Source of the DNA: an uncultured Syntrophaceae bacterium
GTDB taxonomy: Bacteria; Desulfobacterota; Syntrophia; Syntrophales; UBA2192
Direction of reading: 5' to 3'
Assembly (NCBI GenBank): GCA_964547985.1
Contig: CAZJPV010000005.1
Span: 7,755-71,754, forward strand
Length of the DNA stretch: 64,000 bases
Shown: one piece after another, positions 35,205-44,765 of the stretch
Numbering within the stretch: position 1 is the first letter of the stretch
How the letters are laid out: every line of letters begins with the position of its first letter
Made by a program: the position numbers and the translations under genes
The notes under the pieces: model-generated
What the model was told of the DNA's origin: nothing
What the model saw: the letters and a program-made list of their open reading frames with translations, nothing else
Databases searched by the model: none

Positions 35205-36518
35205 CTACTCGGGGATTTTCCCGGTGAGGAGCATCCCGATCTGCCCGTCGAGCCTTGCAGCGATGGCCTTGATCTCCTCCGTGTCGGTCGATAGGAATCT
35301 CAGCAAATCGAAGCGGTTAAGACGTTCGGCTATCTGGATGAAGACCGGGCAGATGCCGAGGATCATGGCCGAGGCCACCCTCTCCGTCCATGCCTTTCCG
35401 GAGAAAAGGGGGGCAATCCCGCCACCGAAGAGTTGATAGAGGCGGGTCTCGATACCCGGTGCCGACGGGTAGTCCTTCTCATCGATGGAAGCCCCTGCGG
35501 CGGCGAGGGCCTCGATCGTGTTCAGTGCCTCCCGGAGCGGACGGTCCTCGCGAAGACCGTATCCCGCGGCCAGGGGATCGAGCCCGAGTTCCAGACACCT
35601 CTTCAGGAGGGGAAGGGCATCCTCGGACTTGCGTGAAAGAGAGATCCATCCGCCGTGATCCATCAGGAGGAACCCGTCTTTTTCCTTCTCCCCTCCCTGT
35701 CTTCGGAAGGCCGCGTAGGTCATGCAGGGGCAGGGGCAGTGGTAGCAGGCCCGGTTTCGCCCGAGTTTCCCACGGAGCGCCCCGGCAGACTCGCCGCCGT
35801 CGGCGATTCTCTTCAAAACGGGGACAAACCCCTCGGTTTTCATGGCTCCCGAGTCTCGCAACAGCTTTTCCGTCGTCTTGGACAGAGCCGGGTGATCCTC
35901 GCGGTGGGGCAGTCCCCCGATGCCGTTGAACAGGACGGCCTTGAGGTTCTTTGCCGCCATCCGGGCGGCGAGTCCAACCCTGTCGAGACTCCCGTGACTG
36001 CCGATGGAGGCCGATGCGAAGGGCGAGCTTCGATCCGCCGCCGGCCCCGTGACGATGGAGGCGCGGAATCCGGGTGCACTTCGCCTCAAGGACTGAACAA
36101 TTTCAGGTACCGGACGATCGGAGGTCTCTTGGAGCGGGACGATGGCGATGGAGCCTCGCCCGATATGGATAGCGCAGGGCTGTTCTGTTGCACCGCGGAT
36201 GACAAGAAAATCCAAACCGGCACATTTCATCTCCGGACCAGTCCGGAGCATGAAGGGCACGTGGCAGAGATGATCGTACAGGGGGGACCTGAACGTGGCG
36301 ACGAGAAGCGATGACGCCGGGGCGAAACTTCCCGTCAGTGGCCCCGTCCCAAAAACGAGGGAGTCGCTTTCATACTGGGTAAGGAGCCAGGCGCTCATGG
36401 ACGCCCCAACGAGATGTTTCCGGATCGCCTCTTCCTCGAAGTCGACCGTGTAGGACGACCGCAGGGTCAGGTCAACGACGCCGATTTTGCCGTTATAAAA
36501 GAAGGGGAAGAGTTTCAT
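35205..36518 (-). CDS. Short, divergent aldehyde:ferredoxin-oxidoreductase-family paralog (437 aa)
   Basis: AFOR_N-like N-terminus (GKIGVVDLT..., FGTGPLTGSFAPAS, CAGLDFLVIRG). A compact Cys cluster ACYHCPCPC. The C-terminal domains are much shorter than in the 611-aa AOR at 45617. Confidence 0.6.
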   Translation of the reverse strand: MKLFPFFYNGKIGVVDLTLRSSYTVDFEEEAIRKHLVGASMSAWLLTQYESDSLVFGTGPLTGSFAPASSLLVATFRSPLYDHLCHVPFMLRTGPEMKCAGLDFLVIRGATEQPCAIHIGRGSIAIVPLQETSDRPVPEIVQSLRRSAPGFRASIVTGPAADRSSPFASASIGSHGSLDRVGLAARMAAKNLKAVLFNGIGGLPHREDHPALSKTTEKLLRDSGAMKTEGFVPVLKRIADGGESAGALRGKLGRNRACYHCPCPCMTYAAFRRQGGEKEKDGFLLMDHGGWISLSRKSEDALPLLKRCLELGLDPLAAGYGLREDRPLREALNTIEALAAAGASIDEKDYPSAPGIETRLYQLFGGGIAPLFSGKAWTERVASAMILGICPVFIQIAERLNRFDLLRFLSTDTEEIKAIAARLDGQIGMLLTGKIPE

Positions 36519-37831
36519 GCGTTTATCTCAACCGGAGCCGTTTTTTGCCACCGGAAACGGATCTTCGCCGCGCTGTAAGGGCATCGGTCCACGCAGCGCA
36601 GGCACATGATGCACTCCATCATGGGGATCTTCGGTGAGACGCCTTCACGGAGCTGGCTCGCGTCGATGATGCCCACGGGGCAGACCTCGGCGCACTGGAT
36701 GCAGGAGAACTTCTTGCACTTGCGCGCCCCGATAACGATCTTGAGGAGCCTCAGCAGGCTGGCTATGCCGAGGGTCGCCCCGACAGGGCAGAGGTAACGG
36801 CACCAGGACCTGCGCTCGGCGATCTCCGTTGCCGCCAGGGCCGGGACAATGGCCAGCTCGGCGCTTTGCATGAAGGACTGAACCCCGTAGGAGCGGCACA
36901 GTGTCCCGATAGGACAGACGGTGCAGAAGGCCTGAAATCCAAGGACGGCGCTTCCACCCACGGCACCACCCAGGATGCCGTACTTGGCCATGCGGCTCTT
37001 CAGGAAATTCGGCCAGCCCAGCTTCTTCGGGGTGATCTTGTCCACCAGGTCCAGCACGAAGCCGAAGGGGCATACCCAGCCGCAGAAAACCCTCCCGAAA
37101 AGAACCGTCAGGATGAGAAGGGCAAGCGCCGACGATGCGCCCACAAGGATGAGCGTCCCCGACGATGCGATGTTCTGCAGTGTCCCCGTGGGGCAGGCGA
37201 GCTCCACCGTCCCCGCCCTGAAGTAACAGAAGGTCCCCACGACGAGAATGACCAGAAAGAGAAAGGACAGAGCCTGTACACCCCACCGGGCCGCCTTGAT
37301 CCAGCGCAGGGCCTTGCCACGCGTGTAGGTTAGGGCATTTTCCGGGCAGTGCTTCACGCACAGCGGGTCGCCCTCGCAGAGGTCGCACTTGTGGATAACC
37401 TGGTTCGTAGGGTCGCGGATCGGCGCGGCCTCGGGGCAGGCCATGGTGCACAAACCGCAGTCGACGCAGAACAGGTCGTCAATCCTCACGATGCCGTCGT
37501 CGCCCTTCTCGATGGCTCGCGTGGGACAGGCCTCGAGGCACAGGGGCCTGCGGCAGTGCTGGCAGAGGACGGCGAAGTTTTTTCCGAGCTTTTCGTCGGT
37601 GAGGACCTTGACGCTTGCCTGTGCGGGGGCCACCCTGGAGACGTTCCGCGTCGAGCAGATCATCTCGCAGGTCCCGCAGCCTGTGCACTTCGCGGGGTCG
37701 AAGAGAATGTACCGGTTCCGCCGCGGCATGAAGAAGTCGGAAAACTTCTTTTTCTCCGGTACGCGGGGTCGGAGGTCCTCGAGTTTCAAGCCACTTTGCG
37801 GCTGGGTATCGGGCTTTCTTGACGCTTCCAT
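36515..37831 (-). CDS. Fusion protein: DmsB-like 4x[4Fe-4S] ferredoxin domain plus NapH/MauN-like membrane polyferredoxin
   Basis: N-terminal CTGCGTCEMIC, CQHCRRPLCLEACP, CVDCGLCTMACP and CDLCEGDPLCVKHCP. Then TM helices carrying CGWVCPFG and CRYLCPVG (NapH signatures). C-terminal CIQCAEVCP and CIMCLRCVDRCP. Confidence 0.75.
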   Translation of the reverse strand: MEASRKPDTQPQSGLKLEDLRPRVPEKKKFSDFFMPRRNRYILFDPAKCTGCGTCEMICSTRNVSRVAPAQASVKVLTDEKLGKNFAVLCQHCRRPLCLEACPTRAIEKGDDGIVRIDDLFCVDCGLCTMACPEAAPIRDPTNQVIHKCDLCEGDPLCVKHCPENALTYTRGKALRWIKAARWGVQALSFLFLVILVVGTFCYFRAGTVELACPTGTLQNIASSGTLILVGASSALALLILTVLFGRVFCGWVCPFGFVLDLVDKITPKKLGWPNFLKSRMAKYGILGGAVGGSAVLGFQAFCTVCPIGTLCRSYGVQSFMQSAELAIVPALAATEIAERRSWCRYLCPVGATLGIASLLRLLKIVIGARKCKKFSCIQCAEVCPVGIIDASQLREGVSPKIPMMECIMCLRCVDRCPYSAAKIRFRWQKTAPVEINA

Positions 37832-37980
37832 TCTAATGTTCTGTTTCGTCTATTGGGTCTATTTCGTCCTGTGAAGACCCTTCCTCCCCTGCTTTCCCTC
37901 TCCCCTGGCGGGAGCGGATTGAGGTGAGGGGGTCTTTTAAATCTTCCGGTCCCTGTACCCTGGTCCCGGGACCCTGCTTC

Positions 37981-38442
37981 TTATGCGTTGCGGAGCAGGT
38001 AGATCTCCCGCCTGCACGACGGGCACGTTTCGAGCGCCGTCAGGACGTTTGCCGGCTCTGTCTGGAGCCTTCCGAAGACAAATTCCTCCACGGGCACGGC
38101 CACAAAGAACCGGCCGCAGGCCTCGCAGCGCTTGGCGTTTTCGACCACGTTTTCCCCGATGGCCGCCTCGCGGAGCTTGCGGATCAAGTCCCGGCAGCTC
38201 ACCCCCTGGGGGCAGACGTCGGTGCCGCTGTTGCACTCCGTGCAGTACCAGATGTTTTTGTCCTCGACGATGTTTTCGCCCGTGAGCGTCTTCTTGATAA
38301 TGCCCCGGGGCGACATCTCGATGCCGAAATTCACATACATCTCCGCCATGGGACAGGCGGCGACACAGCGGCCGCACTCGACACAGCCTAGGGCCCCTGA
38401 AACTTGCTTCGCTTCCTCGATCTTATCGTGCCGTCGCTTCAT
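37981..38442 (-). CDS. Small Fe-S protein, HdrC-like, with a C-terminal Cys-pair ribbon
   Basis: CVECGRCVAACP and CTECNSGTDVCP, followed by CEACG...CPSC. Confidence 0.6.
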   Translation of the reverse strand: MKRRHDKIEEAKQVSGALGCVECGRCVAACPMAEMYVNFGIEMSPRGIIKKTLTGENIVEDKNIWYCTECNSGTDVCPQGVSCRDLIRKLREAAIGENVVENAKRCEACGRFFVAVPVEEFVFGRLQTEPANVLTALETCPSCRREIYLLRNA

Positions 38443-40474
38443 AGCGCTCCTTTTCCACGCTTACGGCGCAGACCTTGTATTCGGGAGTCTTGCAGGCCGG
38501 GTCGAGCACCGGGTTCGTGAGCCTGTTGGCCCTCGCCTCGGTGAAGTGGAAGGGGGCGAAGATGCTCCCCTTTGCCACGCGATCGGTGATCTTGGCCGTC
38601 GTCACGATGCTCCCCCGCCGGGAGCTGACTCGAATCCTCTCCCCCTCGCGGATGCCGAGCGCGGCGGCATCGGTGGGGTGGATCTCCACGTAGGCCCACT
38701 CGATCTCGCGGTTGAGAAAGGGCGAACGCCGCGACATGGTCCCCGTGTGGTAATGGGCGAAGACGCGCCCCGTGTTGAGATAGTAAGGGTACTCCGAGTC
38801 GGGCTTTTCCGCAGGCGGCCTGTAGTCGGGGATGACGAACCGGCCCAGCCCGCGGGTGAACTTCTCGCCGTGCAGAAAGCGCGTCCCCGGGTGGTTTTCA
38901 TCGGGGCAGGGCCACTGCAGTCCTACGCGCTCCAGGCGGTCGAAGCTCACCCCGGCGTACGCCGGGACGAGATGGGCATATTCCGACATCACATCGGCGG
39001 GCGAAGGGTAGTCGAAGGCGAGTCCCAGGGCCTTCCCCAGGAGGCAGAGGATCTCGAAGTCGCCCTTCGCGGCTCCGGGCGGGTCGATGGCCTTGTGAAG
39101 GAGCTGGAAGCGCCTCTCCGTGTTTGTGTAAGTCCCGGTCTTTTCGGCAAAGCAGGCTCCCGGTAGGACCAGGTGCGCGAATCTCGCCGTTTCCGTCAGG
39201 AAGATGTCCTGGACGACCAGGAAATCGAGCCTCTGAAGGGCCTCCATGACGTGGTTCACGTCGGGGTCGCTCAAGCAGGGGTTTTCGGCCATGATGTACA
39301 GGGCCCGGATGTCCTTTCCCGCGGTATTGATGAGCTCCGTCACGGTGAGCCCCGGTTTGTCAGAGAGATCTGTTTTCCAGGCCTTCTGAAACTTCTCCCT
39401 TACGGCGGGGTCGGACACGCCCTGGTAGCCGGGGTAGAGGTCCGGCAGGGCCCCCATGTCGCAGGCGCCCTGAACGTTGTTCTGTCCGCGAAGCGGGTAG
39501 ATTCCCGAGAAATGCTTTCCCACATGGCCGCAAAGCATAGCCAGATCGCAGATGGCGATCACGTTGGCCGCCCCGCAGGCGTGCTGGGTAATGCCCATGC
39601 AGTAGACGATGGCAGCGTTTTTAGCCTTCGCGTAGGTCTCGGCCACCGCGCGGATGACCGATTCGTCGATGCCTGTTTCCTTCGCGGCCTTCTCCACGGG
39701 CCATGCCTCGAGGAAGGTCTTTAGGTTCTCGAAGTTTTCCGTCCGCTTCTCGATGAAGCCGACATTGTGGAGCCCTTTGTCGCTGATGTGGCGCATCATT
39801 CCCGCCAGAAGCGGGATATCGGTTCCAGGGTTCAGCCTCAGCAGCCTGTGGGCGTTTCGGGCCACCGCTGTTTCCCGGGGGTCGATAACGAACATCTTCG
39901 CTCCCCGGTCGAGGGCCTTGTAGACCTCGCCCATGAGAACGGGGTGAGTCTCGGCGGCGTTGGAGCCTACAAAAACGATGCAGTCGGCGCCGGCAAGATC
40001 AGAGATGGAGTTGGTCATGGCGCCGCTGCCCAGCGTCTGGAGCATGCCCACCGTGGTTGCCGCGTGACAGAGCCTGGCGCAGTGGTCCACGTTGTTGGTC
40101 TTGAAGGCCGCCCGGATGAGCTTCTGGAAGAGGTAGTTCTCCTCGTTGGTGCACTTGGCCGAGGAGAGCCCGCCCACGCTGTCAGGGCCGTATTCCCCGG
40201 CCGTCTCACTAAGCTTCTGCGCCGCAAGGTCGATGGCCTCCTCCCAGGAGATGGCCTCGAAACGGTCACCCTTGCGCAGAAGCGGCGCCGTCAAGCGCTC
40301 GGGGTGATGGACGAACTCGTGGGCGAACCACCCCTTCACGCAAAGGGATCCCCGGTTCACGGGGTTCTCCCGGTCGGGGTAGGTGGCCGTGGCGCGGCCC
40401 TCCTCCACCTTGAGGATGAGCCCGCATCCCGTGCCGCAGTAAGGGCAGATGGTTCGGATAAACTCAGGTTTCAT
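38423..40474 (-). CDS. fdhA: Formate-dehydrogenase-type Mo/W-bis-PGD catalytic subunit, Cys variant
   Basis: N-terminal [4Fe-4S] motif CPYCGTGC...C. Active-site stretch NNVDHCARLCHAATTVG...GSGAMTNS has Cys where FdhF has Sec. 683 aa, uninterrupted. Confidence 0.88.
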   Translation of the reverse strand: MKPEFIRTICPYCGTGCGLILKVEEGRATATYPDRENPVNRGSLCVKGWFAHEFVHHPERLTAPLLRKGDRFEAISWEEAIDLAAQKLSETAGEYGPDSVGGLSSAKCTNEENYLFQKLIRAAFKTNNVDHCARLCHAATTVGMLQTLGSGAMTNSISDLAGADCIVFVGSNAAETHPVLMGEVYKALDRGAKMFVIDPRETAVARNAHRLLRLNPGTDIPLLAGMMRHISDKGLHNVGFIEKRTENFENLKTFLEAWPVEKAAKETGIDESVIRAVAETYAKAKNAAIVYCMGITQHACGAANVIAICDLAMLCGHVGKHFSGIYPLRGQNNVQGACDMGALPDLYPGYQGVSDPAVREKFQKAWKTDLSDKPGLTVTELINTAGKDIRALYIMAENPCLSDPDVNHVMEALQRLDFLVVQDIFLTETARFAHLVLPGACFAEKTGTYTNTERRFQLLHKAIDPPGAAKGDFEILCLLGKALGLAFDYPSPADVMSEYAHLVPAYAGVSFDRLERVGLQWPCPDENHPGTRFLHGEKFTRGLGRFVIPDYRPPAEKPDSEYPYYLNTGRVFAHYHTGTMSRRSPFLNREIEWAYVEIHPTDAAALGIREGERIRVSSRRGSIVTTAKITDRVAKGSIFAPFHFTEARANRLTNPVLDPACKTPEYKVCAVSVEKERYEATAR

Positions 40475-41316
40475 GGCTTCTTTTCCGTGCTGTCGACCCA
40501 GTCGGGCATGTCCTGCCCGGGGCGGGGCTCCTTGATGAAGTCAGAGAGGACGGGGGATTTACGATCCGCGTCGATCCCTGCCTCATAGTTGTAATCCCTC
40601 TTCAGGGCTTCCCGCATCGATAGCTGGAGCGTCATGAGGGGGATGCCTACCGGGCAGGCCTCCTGACAGGCCCCGCAGGCCACACAGGTATCGGAGAGGT
40701 GAAAAGCCCGGATGAGATGGAAGGTGGTCATTTCTGCCGGGACGACGCCGCGCTCGACCCAGACTTCGTCCTCGAGCTTGCAGGGTACGCAGACGCAGAT
40801 GGGGCAGGAATTGCGGCAGCCGTAACACTTGATGCAGCGCCTGAGCTGTTCGGCCCACTTCTCCATGCGTGTGCGGGCATCGCCCTCCAGGTAGGACTTC
40901 ACCCGCTCGTCGGTCAGGGGATCCACGCCCTCCACGGCGCTCCCCGCGTCGAGCTTCTGAGGGTAGGGACGGTTGCAGAGGCATGCCTTCGCCTGGGCGG
41001 AGTCGCAGGCGTAGCCGAGGGTGAGGAGCCTCTCGCGGTCGACCTGGTTTCGCTTGACGAGCTCCACGACGGCCCTCTCGTCGCATCCCCGCATGACGAC
41101 AACCAGCCGCCAGGGCTGCGGCCTCTCCAGCAGGACCGCCCGGGCCATCTTGGCGAGCAGCCACTTGGGCTCGAGCACGAGCTTGTCGATCTCCGCCGGA
41201 GCCGTAAAGACGTGTGGCTGAATCACATCCCAGTAGCCCTTTTTGAGTGCTAGAACGCCGTCGGCTTGCTTCCTCTCGAGGAGCTCTCTCGCTCTCTGTC
41301 TTACCTGTTCCAGCAT
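40471..41316 (-). CDS. Fe-S cluster protein (AsrA/sulfhydrogenase-beta-like Cys pattern)
   Basis: CIKCYGCRNSCPICVCVPC and CVACGACQEACP. The stop overlaps the fdhA start (4 nt). Confidence 0.6.
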   Translation of the reverse strand: MLEQVRQRARELLERKQADGVLALKKGYWDVIQPHVFTAPAEIDKLVLEPKWLLAKMARAVLLERPQPWRLVVVMRGCDERAVVELVKRNQVDRERLLTLGYACDSAQAKACLCNRPYPQKLDAGSAVEGVDPLTDERVKSYLEGDARTRMEKWAEQLRRCIKCYGCRNSCPICVCVPCKLEDEVWVERGVVPAEMTTFHLIRAFHLSDTCVACGACQEACPVGIPLMTLQLSMREALKRDYNYEAGIDADRKSPVLSDFIKEPRPGQDMPDWVDSTEKKP

Positions 41317-41357
41317 CTTTTTTTTCTTTTCACCGGCCGCCCGTCACTTATCACGAG

Positions 41358-41786
41358 TCACTGTTTTACGGGCACCCATGCCCCCATCGAGGGCAGGCCC
41401 TCGAGCTCCCTGTAAAAGCCCAAAATCGTTTCCACGTACTGGTGCCACTCGTGGGTCGTGCCGAAGCCCAGCAGCAGCCGGTTCCCGCCGATGCCCGTCG
41501 TGTCGAGGAGCGTCTTGAGAAGCTCCAGACGCTTGAGGGCAGGGTGGTTGGCGTCGTTGAAGCGGCACCCGCCGACGTGGCAGCCCAGGACGGCCACCCC
41601 CGTTACCCCACTGGCGAAGGCCCGTATCACCAGGTCGGGTTCGACGTAACCCGCGCACTCCACCGGGATCACCCGGAAAGATACAGGCAGCTCGATACGC
41701 TGTCGCCCGGCGGCGTCTGCCCCGAAGAGGCCGCACCAGCGGCATGCGAAGACGAGGATTTTCACGTTGTTTGAATCGGCGGACAT
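41358..41786 (-). CDS. mvhD: MvhD-like (methyl-viologen-reducing hydrogenase delta subunit family) protein
   Basis: ILVFACRWCGLFGADAAG ... VIPVECAGYVEPDLVIRAF ... GVAVLGCHVGGC matches the FlpD/MvhD pattern. Confidence 0.85.
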   Translation of the reverse strand: MSADSNNVKILVFACRWCGLFGADAAGRQRIELPVSFRVIPVECAGYVEPDLVIRAFASGVTGVAVLGCHVGGCRFNDANHPALKRLELLKTLLDTTGIGGNRLLLGFGTTHEWHQYVETILGFYRELEGLPSMGAWVPVKQ

Positions 41787-41787
41787 G

Positions 41788-43494
41788 TCAGCGTACCTCC
41801 CGGAAGGCCCGCCGTATCATCTGGCAGACGGCCCGGTCATTGAGCTCGGGCATCTGCATGGCCCCGTTCGGGCAGACGGAGACGCAATTGCCGCAAGCCT
41901 TGCAGCGGATCTTGATGACACGGCTCACGGAACGATTTCCCATGCGTTGGAGCCTGCAGGCCCCGTAAGGGCATACGGCCATACAGTTGCCGCATCCCGT
42001 GCAGGCATCTGAGTTTACGCTTGCGTGGCCAACCTTCTGGTCCGGCATGCGGCTCATCGCGAGGGCCGAGACCATTTTCTTCCCGAGGAAGGAGGCCGCC
42101 TTCATGGCCGCCGCTTCGCCCTGGGCGATGGCCTGGTCCGACGAGACGGGCCAGCGGGCCGTCCCGCAGATGAAAATACCGTCATTTAGCGTCTCCACGG
42201 GATGGTTGGGGTAGACCTCTGCGAAGAACCCGTATTTGTCCACGGGGATCTCGAGCATGCGGGCGAGCGCCGCGCTCTCCGGGTCGGCAATGAGGGGCGT
42301 GCTGAGGACGACAAGGTCCGTTTCAATGGTCCGGGTCACTCCCGAGATGGCGTCGAAGACCTGGACCTCGCCGACCTGTCCTTCACCGAGCACCCCGGGC
42401 GGCCGCGCGGCATCGAAACGGATGAACTGGACGCCCTTCTCAAGTGCCTTCCGATAATACGCCTCCAGAATGCTGCCCGGCGTCATGATGTCGCGGTGCA
42501 GGACATAGGCCTTCGCGCCCGGAATCTCGTCGATGATCCGCATGGCGTTCTTGAGGGACAGGGGACAGCAGATCGTGGAACAGTAGGGCCGATCAATATT
42601 TCGCGCGCCAACGCACTGGATGAAGACGGCCGTCCGGCAGGCGGGTTTCCCCGTCGAGAACTGCCTCTCCATCTCCATCTGGGTGATCACGTTTTTGAGC
42701 TTCCCGTAACCATGCAGCCCCTGGGGGAAAAGGATTCGTGCCCCCGTTGCCAGAACGATGGCGCCGACGCGCAGACCGGTTTTTCCTTCGGGACCTGCCA
42801 GGGTGACCTTGAAATCGCCGGCCTGGCCTTTGACGGAAACAACCCTTGTCTTCCCGTAGAAGCTGATATGGTGGTTTCTGCTGACCTCTTCGAGCCGCAG
42901 ACCGATCTTCTCAGAGCCGGATTCTCCGCCGGGATAGGCCTGCGATATGATGTTGAGAAGTCCGCCGGGAGCTGATCCCCTCTCGACGAGGTGGACCCGG
43001 AACCCGAGTCTGGCCAATCCGCAGGCGGCCGAGAGGCCGGCAGGCCCTGCGCCGATCACCAGGGTTTCCTGCTGCAGCCGGACGGTGATGTCTTTCGAAT
43101 CCTGCATGTTCTGAAGCAGCGCGAGCTCCATGTCGAGCTGGCTTGCGGCTTTACGGAAAGCGCCCTCCGGGTCCTTGCGGTGAATCCAGGCGCAACCTTC
43201 CCGCAGATCTACTGTGCGCACATGCCGGAGCTCGGCGCCTTTTTTTACGAGTCCAAGCCGGACGAATTCCATTCTGCCGTATGGGGAGCAGGCGCCGATA
43301 AGGACCTTGCCGATCCCGCGATCGTGAATGGCGGAAAGGGCCCGTTCAACGTCGGAAGCAAGGCATAGGGATTCCGTGATCGTTACGCCATCCACGGCAG
43401 GATCGGCATTGAACCTCTTCCGGATGGACTCCAGATCGATGACCTTACCGATCTCACCGAAGCAGTCGCAGAGAAAGACGGTGACTTTGGGCAT
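41788..43494 (-). CDS. hdrA: HdrA-like flavoprotein 2 (N-terminal Cys-rich domain, FAD domain, C-terminal 2x[4Fe-4S])
   Basis: VIGAGPAGLSAA, FIQCVGARN...YCSTICC, CTGCGNCMAVCP and CKACGNCVSVCP. Confidence 0.85.
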   Translation of the reverse strand: MPKVTVFLCDCFGEIGKVIDLESIRKRFNADPAVDGVTITESLCLASDVERALSAIHDRGIGKVLIGACSPYGRMEFVRLGLVKKGAELRHVRTVDLREGCAWIHRKDPEGAFRKAASQLDMELALLQNMQDSKDITVRLQQETLVIGAGPAGLSAACGLARLGFRVHLVERGSAPGGLLNIISQAYPGGESGSEKIGLRLEEVSRNHHISFYGKTRVVSVKGQAGDFKVTLAGPEGKTGLRVGAIVLATGARILFPQGLHGYGKLKNVITQMEMERQFSTGKPACRTAVFIQCVGARNIDRPYCSTICCPLSLKNAMRIIDEIPGAKAYVLHRDIMTPGSILEAYYRKALEKGVQFIRFDAARPPGVLGEGQVGEVQVFDAISGVTRTIETDLVVLSTPLIADPESAALARMLEIPVDKYGFFAEVYPNHPVETLNDGIFICGTARWPVSSDQAIAQGEAAAMKAASFLGKKMVSALAMSRMPDQKVGHASVNSDACTGCGNCMAVCPYGACRLQRMGNRSVSRVIKIRCKACGNCVSVCPNGAMQMPELNDRAVCQMIRRAFREVR

Positions 43495-43498
43495 TGCC

Positions 43499-44713
43499 TT
43501 ATTTCTTCCCTTCCATGATCGAACGGAGCGCGGCCGAGGAGGCGTGAACCGCCGACTCCGTCACATGCGCTGGTGTCATGATGTGGCCGTAGGACTCGAA
43601 TAAACGTGTGACTCGACCTTCCGTCGCCAGTGTGGGGACGGCGTAACCCCGGGGCAGGGCGGGGATGGTCGGCTGCAGATTGCCGTTGAGAATGACCATG
43701 TCGAACTTCCAGATCTCGCGTGTCTGTGTCAGGGTGTCCTCGAATTTCACGGCGATGCCGTCACTGCCGGGCAGGGGATAGATGAGAGAAGGCCGCCCCC
43801 GGACAGCCCGTACACCTTTTCCTTCGATAGCGCGGATTGCGTACCCGTAGTAATCCCGACCGACGGTACGAAGGTCCGTGTAGAGAATGACGCAGTCGAT
43901 GGCAGGGTTTCTGCGCCTGACCCACTGGGCCTGCTTGAGGGCATGCATGCAACAAACAGCCGAACAGTGGGGCAGGAACTTCAGGTCGCGGGCACCGGCG
44001 CACTGGATGAATGCGATATTCCGGGGCACGGCCTTGTTTGAGTGCCTGAGGATGGTTCCCCTGTTTTCGCCCGCCTCAGCCTTCCAGGCCTCGAATTCAA
44101 GCGAGGTCATGATGTCCGGGTGGGTCCCCCAACCATACTCCTTCAGGGGTTCGAGGCTCACCTCGGAGAATCCCGCAGACCATATGACTTCGTCAACCGG
44201 GACCTGGAACCGCGCTTCTTCTCGATCGAAGTCGATGGCCTTCGTGGGGCACACATCCGCGCAGGAGCGACAGTCTCCGCAGCGATCCCGGTCGATGATG
44301 TAGAACGGAGGATAAGCGTGCTCCCAGATCGGCCGGGCGGCCCCCCGCGGACAGGCGTCTTTGCAGCGGCCGCAAAAGATGCATAGCTCGGGGTCGATCA
44401 CTGGTGCTAATTTCAAGATGACGGCTTGGAAGACGTGATGGTTTTTTTCCAGTGATTCCACTCTTGCGAGCGTGTGAACAAAAATGGAGGGGTTTTCCTT
44501 GCAGCGGCGGATCTCCGCCCAGAGGGTGCAAAAAGCGCAGTGGTCCGTTGGATAGTACTTGTCAAGTCTTGCCACAATCCCTCCAAGGTCGAATCCGTTA
44601 TCGACGAGATGGACGTGTTGACCTGCAGCAGCTAAATCAAGGGCTGCCGAGATACCGGAGATACCGCCGCCCATGACGAGAATCGTTCTCTTTTTCGTTT
44701 CCGTTTTTTGCAT
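43499..44713 (-). CDS. hdrA: HdrA-like flavoprotein 1 (FAD domain with inserted ferredoxin domain)
   Basis: VMGGGISGISAALDLA, YPTDHCAFC, CIFCGRCKDACP, CGDCRSCADVCP and FIQCAGARD...HCSAVCC. Confidence 0.85.
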   Translation of the reverse strand: MQKTETKKRTILVMGGGISGISAALDLAAAGQHVHLVDNGFDLGGIVARLDKYYPTDHCAFCTLWAEIRRCKENPSIFVHTLARVESLEKNHHVFQAVILKLAPVIDPELCIFCGRCKDACPRGAARPIWEHAYPPFYIIDRDRCGDCRSCADVCPTKAIDFDREEARFQVPVDEVIWSAGFSEVSLEPLKEYGWGTHPDIMTSLEFEAWKAEAGENRGTILRHSNKAVPRNIAFIQCAGARDLKFLPHCSAVCCMHALKQAQWVRRRNPAIDCVILYTDLRTVGRDYYGYAIRAIEGKGVRAVRGRPSLIYPLPGSDGIAVKFEDTLTQTREIWKFDMVILNGNLQPTIPALPRGYAVPTLATEGRVTRLFESYGHIMTPAHVTESAVHASSAALRSIMEGKK

Positions 44714-44765
44714 ATCCTTAAATTTGGATCCGATACCCTGAACCTTTGACCCTGTCCCCTTTTCT

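Noticed and set aside
38423-40474. Expected selenocysteine TGA in the formate dehydrogenase catalytic subunit
   Set aside because: The ORF is uninterrupted, and the active-site stretch reads CARLCH, with Cys where FdhF has Sec. The HdrA-like and MvhD-like proteins likewise have Cys (IGACSP, CRWCG).
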